A stretch of 20,000 nt of DNA from an uncultured virus (IMG/VR IMGVR_UViG_3300005002_000003) (IMGVR_UViG_3300005002_000003), one strand, 5' to 3'; positions 7,842-16,744 are shown, numbered from the stretch's first letter. Program-made: numbers and translations. The notes: generated from the sequence alone by a model not told the origin.

Positions 7842-9443
7842 ATGAACTTCAGTCATCTGTCGTCCGAATTCCAACAGCCCCTTAAAGACGAACTCTGGGC
7901 ACTCCAGGAACGCAAGCTTATCGAAGGCCAACACAGTCACTACACTCTGGATGAACTCCGTGCCATGCCTACTCTCAGTCAAAGTCAGGCCGACAATCTG
8001 AAGTTTGATGATGGCAGGACTCGTGTGTGGCTGTCGCGCATGAAGAAAGCCGATGGCGCGCCTTACAACAACCAGGTTACGGTAGAGGTTCTACACAATG
8101 GCCGCTGGGAGACCAGCGAAGAATACCCGGCTGGACAGGCCCTGAACTGGGATCGGAAACGGAAGCGTCTGGATGCCAAATACGACGCAGAAGCACGGAG
8201 GCCCTCTGTTGGCGGCCATGCTCCGTATCCGCGAGGAAGTCGTGCCGCGAAGTGGATCGGAGAAGCACGCCGGAGCACAGACATTGGCGACGGATTCTAC
8301 ATCCACGACAGTGGATTCGATGTCAATGGCAACTGGCGCGTAACGATTTCCAAAGGCGCCAACCGCGCAGTGGGCATCCAGACCAACGGAAATGCAGATG
8401 CCGCACACCACAAGTCGATTCCGGAGATCGCCGCAGACCCCAGGGCCGTGCAGGAACTCAAGGACTTCTACATGAACTTCATCCACAAGAAGAACCGCAG
8501 TAGAGGTGGCGCGGCTCAGCGCACACTTCCAGCAGGTAGTGATGACTGGAGCGGATTCCAGGAAGCCGATGACAAGAAAGTCACTGCGCTTCAGAACCGG
8601 ATCTCTGGTCTCCTTGGCCCCCAGAACCTCAAGGCAATTGTGGAGCCCAACACCGATAAGCAAGCCGTTGTGAAGCCCGCAGAAGCACTGGAGCAAGCGG
8701 AAGAGAAGACCTGGGCGGACAAAGTCAAATCTGTTCTCACCACAGCGAAGCTGAAGTTCCAACCACAGGGAACCGCTTACTTCATCGTAGACTACCCCGA
8801 GGATCTGAAGGAGAACCGCCGGGTGTCACAAGCCGATCTCGAAGACATGATCGCGAGGTTCAATGCGGAGGGCTCCGACTTCCGTCTCGCTGGCTCCTAC
8901 GGATATCTCGACCTCTGGACAAAGACTCCAGACGGTAAGGATGTTCGCCTGGCGTCGGGAAGCCGCAAGGACATCTACGACGCTCTTGTGAAGAACCGCT
9001 TCAAGTTCCGGGAAGCGTCTCCAGTGGATACGCTCTATATCGACCTGGATAACGCAATCGACTTTCTGGAGCGTACGTTTTTCAACGAGGACGACGTCAG
9101 CTTTGAGTTAAAGAGTGCAGGCCATAACAAGGAACTCGGTCTGCCATTCGCGATCATGAGCATTCAGATTCAGCCTTCAGGGCTAGGGCCTAGATTTGCT
9201 CCAGTCGAACTGGACGTCAAAATTCAGAAGCTACCAGGAGGCGAGATGCGATACAGTCTGGAAGCGTTACCCAGCACTCGCTTACCGCAATGGACAGCAA
9301 TCATTCAAAAGAATGAAGGTGCAGTCAATAATCTTGAAGATCGCCTGGTTATGGCCGTGAAGAAAGTCCGTTCTGTCTTAAACAAACTGCTCAGTAAGAC
9401 AGAGTCCAGCCGTCACGCCAAGTTCCGCGAGGTCCGAAAGTAA
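7842..9443 (+). CDS. putative internal head polyprotein
   Basis: 533 aa. Apparently unrelated modules separated by LIE|G, IGE|A, FQE|A, LKE|N, FRE|A and FRE|V. Confidence 0.6.
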   Translation: MNFSHLSSEFQQPLKDELWALQERKLIEGQHSHYTLDELRAMPTLSQSQADNLKFDDGRTRVWLSRMKKADGAPYNNQVTVEVLHNGRWETSEEYPAGQALNWDRKRKRLDAKYDAEARRPSVGGHAPYPRGSRAAKWIGEARRSTDIGDGFYIHDSGFDVNGNWRVTISKGANRAVGIQTNGNADAAHHKSIPEIAADPRAVQELKDFYMNFIHKKNRSRGGAAQRTLPAGSDDWSGFQEADDKKVTALQNRISGLLGPQNLKAIVEPNTDKQAVVKPAEALEQAEEKTWADKVKSVLTTAKLKFQPQGTAYFIVDYPEDLKENRRVSQADLEDMIARFNAEGSDFRLAGSYGYLDLWTKTPDGKDVRLASGSRKDIYDALVKNRFKFREASPVDTLYIDLDNAIDFLERTFFNEDDVSFELKSAGHNKELGLPFAIMSIQIQPSGLGPRFAPVELDVKIQKLPGGEMRYSLEALPSTRLPQWTAIIQKNEGAVNNLEDRLVMAVKKVRSVLNKLLSKTESSRHAKFREVRK

Positions 9444-9751
9444 TGAAAGCCCTGCTTCTTACCCTGGCGCTGTTGTGGCCTATGGCCCTCAGCGCTCAGG
9501 AGGAACCCCAGGACAATCACGACTGGTTTGTGTTCAACGGAAAGACAGGAGAATGTATCCCCGCAATGGCGGGCACGAAGAAGCTGTCTCCGGCTCACGC
9601 GCTCAATGGCTTTCGGTGTGACGTCAAGGCCTGGGACTGGAAAGCCGGCTGGGTGGTGTTGCAATGCAATGACGCCAAGATCCAGGGCCTGTTGTTTTTC
9701 TCGCTTGACATAAATACGTGTCAGGCTATAAGGGAATCTCTGCTGTTCTGA
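9443..9751 (+). CDS. exported protein with a Sec signal peptide
   Basis: MKALLLTLALLWPMALSA|QEE signal, four Cys, TAATG overlap. Confidence 0.7.
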   Translation: MKALLLTLALLWPMALSAQEEPQDNHDWFVFNGKTGECIPAMAGTKKLSPAHALNGFRCDVKAWDWKAGWVVLQCNDAKIQGLLFFSLDINTCQAIRESLLF

Positions 9752-9776
9752 CTACGATCTCCAGCGGCAGAAGGAG

Positions 9777-9782
9777 ACTAAA
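9777..9782 (+). promoter_or_regulatory. putative phage late promoter (ACTAAA)
   Basis: ACTAAA begins 11 nt before ATG 9788. An AAGGAG also lies just upstream. Confidence 0.5.
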
Positions 9783-9787
9783 CCAGC

Positions 9788-11983
9788 ATGACTCCCTCTA
9801 CTCGTGACCCCCGTGATCCTCAATACCAGAGATACCTTCGTGCTGTAGCCGGCGCTCAGCGCGTGCTACAAGAACGCCAGGTGGTGGAAAATCTTGAGTC
9901 AGGTCAAACCGTTCAACTCTACCTCTGCTACATCGGCGACGGCTACCTGTATGGCGTCAGCGACAACGACGCCGCAAGATCCCCCAGCTACTGGGCCGGG
10001 GTAGATGAAGGCATGGACATCGTGCAGGCCACGTTCCCTGCGGCCATAGCACAAGACCTTCTGAGCTTCACGAACTCCGAGGCCTCCTCCAGCGTAGGCG
10101 ACGGCTACGAGGCCGCTGATCTCGCCGCAAAGCATATGCAAAACGACACCGTCATCTACTCCAGCAAGGGCGAAGCAGAAGACGGCATGATGGAATCCGC
10201 TAGAGTGGCACAGTCTCCGGCCCCGCGATGGAACGAGTCACTGACGCATGTTCAGCAACAACTGAGTTCAATTGACCCCGCTGAGTTCGAAGCCCGCATG
10301 AACGCGGCAAAAAACTTCAAGCAACTCTCCGCAGTTCTGGATGACTACGGCATTGATATCAACCTCTCCAAACAGGGTGATACTTACCAGTGGCAGATTG
10401 CAGGCGCTCCGAAGATGTCAGCAAATGGACGCGGGTTCCAGAAAGCTCGGACCTCCATCACTTCGCAATTGAAGCGGGACATGGTTCCCTCCGGCGCGCG
10501 GGTTAACGAAGACGGAGACAGACTCTCTGGTGATGATCCATCCTCGCTTCAGGAATCCGTAGAAGGATCATCCTTACTGATCAAAGAAGTAGCACGCGAT
10601 CTTATTTCTATGTCGGTAGCGGATGCGCTGGAACGCGAAAACCATGACGCGCTATCCGATTTTGTCAGGTCTCAGGAAGACATTACGGAAACTGTGCCTA
10701 TAGGGTTGCAAGAACACGGGATTGACATAGATAGTTACATTGCGCCAGTCGAAGAACTCGTGAGACAAATTGCAGAACAAATTGGCTCCGAAAACCTGGG
10801 CAAACTCCAGGACGTAGATGATCGAGCACTGTGGTTGGTAATAATGGGTCCGATCCTCAATCATGGCGTAGGCCCTACAGATGATCCCGCTCTGGCAACG
10901 GTTTACAAGGAGGTGGGTTCTCCTCGCCCACAAGTGAAAGGACTGGACGTAACTCTCTTCAATGTTGCTGAAGACATCATCTCTCGCATTTCTAATGGCA
11001 CCTCCATGCTTCAGGAATCCACAGAAGGCAAAGTAGCTCGTAGCTATGTCATCCACGATCACGGAATTGATCACGCGCAATATTTCCGGGGCCACGGTCT
11101 CGCGCATTCCGATATGGAGGACACCGCAACTGGAGCCGGAGACACATTTGAAGACGCTCTGGAAGACGCACTTGATCAACTGGCTTCAGATGATTGGGAT
11201 TTAAGTCAGATCGAGTCCGCAATCGCAACAGAAGCCGCAAGCGCTGGCGCATCTTCATCCGCAGTGGAGGAGTTGAAAACACAAATTCGCGACGAAATCC
11301 TGGCGGAAAATCCAGAGTTTATAGATCCAGAAACCGACGATGTCTATGAAGACAAAGCAGATGAGTTAGAGGGGATGATCGAAGACGTTCTGCAAGACGA
11401 AGGCGGCGATCTCTACTACTACGTGTCTGTAGACGTAAGCACTCAGCCCGCAGGAGGAGGTATCCGGGAATCCACAGAAGGCAACAACCGGTGGGAAGTC
11501 ATCTGGCTTGATGTCTGGGGAAATGCAGAAGAAGGTTTTGAAGTCAATGACGCGCATCATACCGGCAGGTTCGTAGAACTTCCTCCAGAAGTGGCGATGG
11601 GCATTACAGAAGAAGAAGAGCAACAGCTCGTTGACATCCTGATTGCCGCAGGTGAGCTGAGGCGTGACGTCAAAGCCCATCAGATCGAAGTCGAAGACCT
11701 GGGGGAGAACGACATCGGCATCAATGACGCCGAAACCAGAGAACCCTTGTTTCAGCTCCAGCGCGTGGTTGAGACTCAATCAGCCGAGAAGGCAGGCGAG
11801 AAAGTCCAGGAGAAACTCGCACGTCAGGTAATGGAAATCCGCATGCTTGCCGGCGGGAAGTTCGGCATCTTCGACAAGTCCATGAGAGGTGCGGAACCCC
11901 TGGCGAAAGCCAACTCCTGGCATGAAGCCAGAATGAAAATCAACTCCATGATGAGAGACGCGCAGAAGCCGCTGAAAGATTGA
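9788..11983 (+). CDS. acidic putative internal head polyprotein with repeat-bounded modules
   Basis: 731 aa. Linkers LQE|SVEG, LQE|STEG and IRE|STEG, plus MME|S and WNE|S. Confidence 0.65.
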   Translation: MTPSTRDPRDPQYQRYLRAVAGAQRVLQERQVVENLESGQTVQLYLCYIGDGYLYGVSDNDAARSPSYWAGVDEGMDIVQATFPAAIAQDLLSFTNSEASSSVGDGYEAADLAAKHMQNDTVIYSSKGEAEDGMMESARVAQSPAPRWNESLTHVQQQLSSIDPAEFEARMNAAKNFKQLSAVLDDYGIDINLSKQGDTYQWQIAGAPKMSANGRGFQKARTSITSQLKRDMVPSGARVNEDGDRLSGDDPSSLQESVEGSSLLIKEVARDLISMSVADALERENHDALSDFVRSQEDITETVPIGLQEHGIDIDSYIAPVEELVRQIAEQIGSENLGKLQDVDDRALWLVIMGPILNHGVGPTDDPALATVYKEVGSPRPQVKGLDVTLFNVAEDIISRISNGTSMLQESTEGKVARSYVIHDHGIDHAQYFRGHGLAHSDMEDTATGAGDTFEDALEDALDQLASDDWDLSQIESAIATEAASAGASSSAVEELKTQIRDEILAENPEFIDPETDDVYEDKADELEGMIEDVLQDEGGDLYYYVSVDVSTQPAGGGIRESTEGNNRWEVIWLDVWGNAEEGFEVNDAHHTGRFVELPPEVAMGITEEEEQQLVDILIAAGELRRDVKAHQIEVEDLGENDIGINDAETREPLFQLQRVVETQSAEKAGEKVQEKLARQVMEIRMLAGGKFGIFDKSMRGAEPLAKANSWHEARMKINSMMRDAQKPLKD
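10546..11484 (+). repeat. three dispersed direct repeats encoding (L/I)(Q/R)ES(V/T)EG
   Basis: GCTTCAGGAATCCGTAGAAGG (10546-10566), GCTTCAGGAATCCACAGAAGGCAA (11008-11031) and GGAATCCACAGAAGGCAA (11467-11484, an 18-bp exact match to the second copy). Confidence 0.85.
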
Positions 11984-12363
11984 TGCGCATCCTTTTTCTT
12001 GACGATGATGACAACCGGCACCGGGCTTTCAGCAGATGGCTGACGCCCGGACACGACGTTGTCTTTGTTCACACAGCGGCTGAAGCCATACAGGCACTGA
12101 CGTCCCAGAGTTTCGACATCGCGTTTCTCGATCACGATCTCGGTGGTGAAGTCATGGTGACCAGGGTGGAGAACACCGGTTACGAAGTCACGTTGTGGAT
12201 GGAGGCGCACGAACTGTTGTGCCCCGCTGTTGTGGTGTTGCACTCCATGAACCCCTCGGGCCGCCTGCGGCAACAACAAGCACTGCGCGGCCTCCGAAAC
12301 GTCACCGCACATGCCTTGAGCTTCTCATCTCTGATGACGACTCCCTGCACGCTTCAGGCCTGA
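11983..12363 (+). CDS. stand-alone receiver domain, cyclic-phosphate-processing (cREC-like) type
   Basis: Motifs MRILFLDDD, FDIAFLDHDLG, TGYEV and LHSMNPSGR. TGATG overlap places the start at 11983. Confidence 0.8.
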   Translation: MRILFLDDDDNRHRAFSRWLTPGHDVVFVHTAAEAIQALTSQSFDIAFLDHDLGGEVMVTRVENTGYEVTLWMEAHELLCPAVVVLHSMNPSGRLRQQQALRGLRNVTAHALSFSSLMTTPCTLQA

Positions 12364-12393
12364 AGCCAACTACGGTCTTCACTAACTTCAGGT

Positions 12394-14256
12394 ATGACCA
12401 CCACATATCTGGAGTCCAGAGCGGCTAAACTCGGTTTACGCGTGCTCGTAGAATCATCTCAGGTGAGCCTTGGCGACACCGGAGTAACCATTGAACGCTG
12501 TGAGCCCGGAGTCCTGACTGAAGGCACGCAGGGCAAATACCAGGCACTCGCAATCGTACGCAACGTGCCGTTCACGAGGTTCACACGCAACCGCAACGGC
12601 CGCACGTATCTCAGAGAGCTATGGCAACGCGTGCTGGAGACCATCGAAGGCAGTCTGTCGTTCTGCGACCATCCACTGGAGAACACCAACTACCACCCGC
12701 ACAGCGGCGACGGCAGTATGGAGCGCATCTGCGGCGTCTTCCACAACGCCAGGCTGGGAGAGGAATGTGGATACGTGGACTGGTATCTCGTGGGCCCCAT
12801 CGGCAAGCTCATCCTCGAAACCCTGCAAGCCGGCGCCAAAGGCGTGGGGCTGTCAACAGTGGGATTCGGCCAGATCAAGGAGAACTACTACGACGCCAAC
12901 GGCTTCATCCTTGAGGGAGTTGTTGATCCCGAGACCTTCATCTATGAGCGCACGGACTGCGTGTTTCAGCCCAGTCAGGGAGTATTTGCAACCATCGCAA
13001 ATCTCGGTGAAAACACGGGATTTCGGGAAAATCAAAATACTAATGACAGAAGTACTTCTAAATCAGAAGCGAGGAACAGCAATAATATGGATCAAGTAAA
13101 ACTGCTTGAAGGCAATGCAAAGTACCAGACATCCGAGCGCGTGAAGCTCGCAAACAAAGCTCTGAAGTCCGGCGATCTGCAAGAACTCACAGAGCGTTTC
13201 GAAGACCTCAAAGGCTTTGCGGTCGTAGTCGAAAGCATGCCGGCTGAACGCCAGAAGATCGCAGAAGCCCGCGAGCAACTGGAAGCCGCAATCAGCGAAG
13301 CCGCTCTCAAGGGTCAGGACGCTCAGGTAGCGCTCCAGGGCACGGCAAAAAAACTCGCTCTTGCCGAGCAGATGCTGGTGGAAGCCCGCAAGGCCAACAA
13401 GCAGATGGTGGCGGTAATCGAACGCCTGGGCGGAACTCCAGAGACTCTGGACAAGCTCAAGGTAGTTGACGACATGGCGGAGTCCATCGAGACCTTCAAG
13501 GCCAATGAAGCCAAATACAAGCTCAACGAAAAAATCAAAGACGCTGATCTTCAGATTTACGAGAAGGAAATCAACAAAATCTCCAAAGACAACAAGGTCT
13601 ACGAAGGCGAAAACCGCGAACTCGTGGCCGACAACGAATTCCTGGTGAAACAACTTGAGGCTCGCGACGGCGACATCAAGAAATCCCTCAAAGACCGCAT
13701 GGTTATGGAAGGCGATGTGTTGAAGCTCGTGGCCAGCGTGACCAACCTCACGGAAGACCTCGCAGTCGCAGAGGAGAGCATTGCTATCCTTCGCAACAGA
13801 CTGCGCGAAGCCGGCCTGGAAGACGATCCGTATGCGGAAGTCATCGGGGCTCCGCGTGCTGTTAACCCCAGGTTCCCGCAGGAAAATTCCGAAGGCAAGG
13901 GACAGGAGACCGCAAGTCCCGCCATGCGCCGTCAGGCAAGTTCTCGGGGCTACACAATGGGTGAGCGCGCAAACTCTGCTTCTCGCAAAGCGCCTGCTGA
14001 GGGAATCAAGGAGTCCGTGGTGCGCAACGAGATCCGGAGCTTCTACGAGCAGAAAGCCGCAGAATACCCCGCACTCCAGCGCCATCGCGATGCCGTGCTG
14101 AACAGCAAGACGTTGTTCGAAGCCGTGCGCGTAGTGGAAGCCATGACAAGGAATGGTGAAGACCCCGTGATTCGCGCCAGCGAAGACAGTGGAACCAGCT
14201 TCACGGAGTCCAGCCGGGCGGCGAATCGACCATCCTGGCTCAGAGACCGACTGTAA
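12394..14256 (+). CDS. prohead protease (T4 gp21-like) fused to a scaffold domain
   Basis: NRNGRTY, DHP and GLSTVGFG resemble the gp21-family NRNGRxY, xxxHP and GVSSRG motifs. Long coiled-coil C-terminal half, directly upstream of the major capsid gene, with ACTAAC at 12381. Confidence 0.85.
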   Translation: MTTTYLESRAAKLGLRVLVESSQVSLGDTGVTIERCEPGVLTEGTQGKYQALAIVRNVPFTRFTRNRNGRTYLRELWQRVLETIEGSLSFCDHPLENTNYHPHSGDGSMERICGVFHNARLGEECGYVDWYLVGPIGKLILETLQAGAKGVGLSTVGFGQIKENYYDANGFILEGVVDPETFIYERTDCVFQPSQGVFATIANLGENTGFRENQNTNDRSTSKSEARNSNNMDQVKLLEGNAKYQTSERVKLANKALKSGDLQELTERFEDLKGFAVVVESMPAERQKIAEAREQLEAAISEAALKGQDAQVALQGTAKKLALAEQMLVEARKANKQMVAVIERLGGTPETLDKLKVVDDMAESIETFKANEAKYKLNEKIKDADLQIYEKEINKISKDNKVYEGENRELVADNEFLVKQLEARDGDIKKSLKDRMVMEGDVLKLVASVTNLTEDLAVAEESIAILRNRLREAGLEDDPYAEVIGAPRAVNPRFPQENSEGKGQETASPAMRRQASSRGYTMGERANSASRKAPAEGIKESVVRNEIRSFYEQKAAEYPALQRHRDAVLNSKTLFEAVRVVEAMTRNGEDPVIRASEDSGTSFTESSRAANRPSWLRDRL

Positions 14257-14269
14257 ATGTCGGCAGACG

Positions 14270-14300
14270 AAAAGCCCGGGTTGCCCCGGGCTTTTTTTTT
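14270..14300 (+). terminator. rho-independent terminator
   Basis: AAAAGCCCGGG-TTGC-CCCGGGC followed by T9. Confidence 0.9.
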
Positions 14301-14325
14301 GCCCTGATCTCTGAAATCTTCCCAC

Positions 14326-14438
14326 ACTAAAAGCGCAAGGGGGCTGAATCCGACAGCCCGGCTAAGATTTTCGGACCAAGGCTCGCAGGCTGAGAGAGTG
14401 AGTTCGGCCCTCAATCAAACAAACCAAAAGGTTACTAT
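14326..14438 (+). promoter_or_regulatory. putative late promoter (ACTAAA 14326) and structured 5' UTR of the capsid gene
   Basis: The motif follows the terminator and precedes a ~105-nt leader with three nested stems and then an A/C-rich unstructured stretch. Confidence 0.55.
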
Positions 14439-15995
14439 ATGCAACGACTCAGAAATGCGCCTGTTGCCGGTCGTCTCCCAGCACCCGTTGCCTACAAGCA
14501 CGGACGCCGACTTCCTGCACAGCAGTCACTGACTGAAAATCGTCCTGCCGCGTCTCGCGAGCAGTACATCGAAAAACGCATTGTAGCTCTGGACCGTCTT
14601 GTAGAAGAATGGAACCGCAGACCAGAAGGACAATATCTGGAAAGCGTTTACGCCAAGTCTCCTACCATTGCACGGAACACAGCACTGCTCCTGGAAAACC
14701 AGCGCAGACACATGCTTCACATCCGGGAATCCGGAACCCAAATCTCCTCGGCTTTCGGCACGTCTCCAGAGAACGTGTTGCGCATCGTCCGCATCGGCGT
14801 GGCGAACAGCAACCGTGCTGACGTCTTCACAGAATGGGCACTTACGTCTGTAAACGACGCGCTCTTCTATGTAGACGGAGTCTACGGAACATCTATTCGC
14901 GGCGCTACAGCTGGCAATCGTATCTACGATTACGGCGCAGTAACTGCGGATTACGGCGGAGCTTTCCAGACCATCAACGGCACACCTTCCACAGGTGACG
15001 GCGCGACTACAACGTTCACAGGAACATTCTCTCCTACAAATATCAAGCCACACAGCGTGCAAATCGTTGTAGGTAATGCGTTTGTGGGCACAGACGACGG
15101 TGCGGGAAACCTCATCGGAACTCCGAACGGTAGCGGCGGCACAACAGCCACTGTGTCTTCGGGAACCGTGAGCTACACAGCGGGAACATTCTCTGTGACT
15201 CTGACTACGGCTCCAGCACTTGGTGTTGAAATCCGTGCGCAGGCAGTATGGGATGCAGAAAACAGCGCGAACTACTCGTCTTACAACGACATTCAGCTGA
15301 AAGTCTACAAGCGTCCATTCCACCTCATGATGCATCCGATTCGCATCGCTTACTCCAAGATGTCCGAACTGACGTTCGAGACCACTGGACTCGGCGACTT
15401 CGACGAGCAGATCATCAAGCGCGCAGGCGACGAGATGGCAAAACGCCGTGACTTCAAAGCCTTCCAGCTCGCAAGACGCGTAGCGGGACAGAGCACTCCA
15501 TATGTGTTCGACGCAGATCCGGCAAGTGGAAACGACGACAACGACTTTAACCACGCTCAGCGTATCCTGACAACCATCGATAACATCGGTGGCGATATCT
15601 TCGATGCACTGCAACGTGGTGAGATCACGAAAATCGTGGGCAACCCGAAAGCCGTGAACTACTTCCGTAAGAACCTCCAGTGGAAATCCGCTTCTTCTCA
15701 ACAGAAGGTTGGCGCTTCCTATCTCGCGGGTAAACTTGCGGACATCGACGTCTACGTGACTCCAAGTCACTCCACAACAGTAGCGGGAACTTCATCTTCT
15801 GGAGAAGCGATTTGTGTATACAAAAACGCGCAAGAAGAAGGCGAACCGTCTCTGGCGTTCGGCACACTGACAGAACTCAGTGCTGGTCTGGACTACCCAC
15901 AGATGTATCGTGAAGTTGTCCTCGCGCATGTTGAGGGCGAAAACGTGATTCAGCCGGGCTTCATCAAGCTCCTGCAAATCAACAACATCAAGTAA
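14439..15995 (+). CDS. major capsid protein (T4 gp23-like, HK97 fold) with an inserted beta-rich domain
   Basis: gp23-like N-terminus (LVEEW...TALLLENQ...IRE|S), ALFYVD and YLAGKL...VYVTP. Located after the protease/scaffold and flanked by strong terminators. Confidence 0.9.
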   Translation: MQRLRNAPVAGRLPAPVAYKHGRRLPAQQSLTENRPAASREQYIEKRIVALDRLVEEWNRRPEGQYLESVYAKSPTIARNTALLLENQRRHMLHIRESGTQISSAFGTSPENVLRIVRIGVANSNRADVFTEWALTSVNDALFYVDGVYGTSIRGATAGNRIYDYGAVTADYGGAFQTINGTPSTGDGATTTFTGTFSPTNIKPHSVQIVVGNAFVGTDDGAGNLIGTPNGSGGTTATVSSGTVSYTAGTFSVTLTTAPALGVEIRAQAVWDAENSANYSSYNDIQLKVYKRPFHLMMHPIRIAYSKMSELTFETTGLGDFDEQIIKRAGDEMAKRRDFKAFQLARRVAGQSTPYVFDADPASGNDDNDFNHAQRILTTIDNIGGDIFDALQRGEITKIVGNPKAVNYFRKNLQWKSASSQQKVGASYLAGKLADIDVYVTPSHSTTVAGTSSSGEAICVYKNAQEEGEPSLAFGTLTELSAGLDYPQMYREVVLAHVEGENVIQPGFIKLLQINNIK

Positions 15996-16019
15996 TCCCT
16001 CTGAAGAGCCTACTTGAGC

Positions 16020-16053
16020 AATCCCCCGGGGTCACAGCCGGGGGATTTTTTTT
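16020..16053 (+). terminator. rho-independent terminator of the capsid gene (insertion target)
   Basis: AATCCCCCGG-GGTCACAG-CCGGGGGA followed by T8. Confidence 0.9.
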
Positions 16054-16135
16054 CGGAATTATCCCGCAGAGTACATCCAGTTATGTCGTCTGATCGAACT
16101 GGATCGCCTGCCTGTTTACTAAAGATACAAAGGAC

Positions 16136-16510
16136 ATGAGACTGGTAGAACTACAACGACTTTATGCGAGTGGCGGATCATTGTATGAATCTTTTACTTA
16201 TGAATCGTTCTGGCTTTCACCAGAAGGTGAAGTGTCAAAATGGGAGAATCATCGTCTTGGTGCTTTTACAATTCTTAATCGAGATAAAAATGATAATCTT
16301 CATGATTCAATAAGAGCAGATGCGAGAGCCATTGGCTGGCGTGATTTCATCATTACCAATGATAAAAAACTGTGGTTGCGAATGAGATGGGATCACTTGA
16401 ATAAGGTGCAGAAAAAAGCTATTGAAACAATAGCACGAAAACATAAACTTGAGATCAAAGAAGGTACCGAAATGGACGAACTGAACTCTGGAAATCATAC
16501 TGTAAACTGA
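16136..16510 (+). CDS. passenger protein 1: shared leader plus a WLSPEG...H...GW domain of unknown function
   Basis: 124 aa, AT-rich relative to the flanks, preceded by ACTAAAGATACA and AAGGA. Confidence 0.8.
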   Translation: MRLVELQRLYASGGSLYESFTYESFWLSPEGEVSKWENHRLGAFTILNRDKNDNLHDSIRADARAIGWRDFIITNDKKLWLRMRWDHLNKVQKKAIETIARKHKLEIKEGTEMDELNSGNHTVN

Positions 16511-16520
16511 CCAAACCAGT

Positions 16521-16673
16521 TCACGCCGCAGTAGCCAGCAAAGTTCGCTTCATAAAATCGTGAAAGATGTTCTCGTTCTTCCGATTGCTGAACCTCCAGG
16601 AAAATTCGTCGATGTATGCTTGCAGGTACTTCGGGCTGATGTGGTGATACGAGCCGATAATCCCACGCTTCAT
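16521..16673 (-). pseudogene. IS1595-family transposase C-terminal remnant
   Basis: MKRGIIGSYHHISPKYLQAYIDEFSWRFSNRK matches the family C-terminal KRxxxGxYHxxSxKxLxxYxDEFxxRxN motif. It lies 4 bp from the TIR, so the catalytic core is deleted. Confidence 0.9.
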
Positions 16674-16710
16674 GTTTCGGGATAATTCCGTTTTTTTTTT
16701 GCATTTTGTG

Positions 16711-16738
16711 TTGACAACTTTGTGCCGGGGGATATGGT
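16711..16738 (+). promoter_or_regulatory. sigma70-type (early) promoter, probably leaderless
   Basis: TTGACA, 16-bp spacer, TATGGT, then 6 nt to ATG 16745. Same architecture as the promoter at 3036. Confidence 0.7.
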
Positions 16739-16744
16739 GTCTCC

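Larger units (their letters stand above)
16054..16690. mobile_element. non-autonomous IS1595-family derivative carrying a passenger gene (cassette 1)
   Basis: Perfect 13-bp terminal inverted repeats CGGAATTATCCCG (16054-16066) and CGGGATAATTCCG (16678-16690). T8 on the left and T10 on the right, compatible with an 8-bp target duplication. Contains a transposase C-terminal remnant. Confidence 0.9.

Noticed and set aside
9705..9732. TTGACA-16-TATAAG promoter-like sequence with a TGACA/TGTCA palindrome
   Set aside because: It lies inside a coding region and the downstream gene already has the ACTAAA motif. It cannot be distinguished from chance, though it is not excluded.
10546..11484. Dispersed repeats as a CRISPR array
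   Set aside because: The spacing is about 460 bp, the repeats are in-frame coding and no cas genes are present.
14388..14400. CTGAGAGA as a hammerhead ribozyme core
   Set aside because: It does not match CUGANGA and there is no correctly placed GAAA.
13063..15770. Long minus-strand ORFs (13063..14325 and 14526..15770, also 451..1359)
   Set aside because: They are antisense shadows of strongly codon-biased + strand genes, with no motifs or initiation signals.
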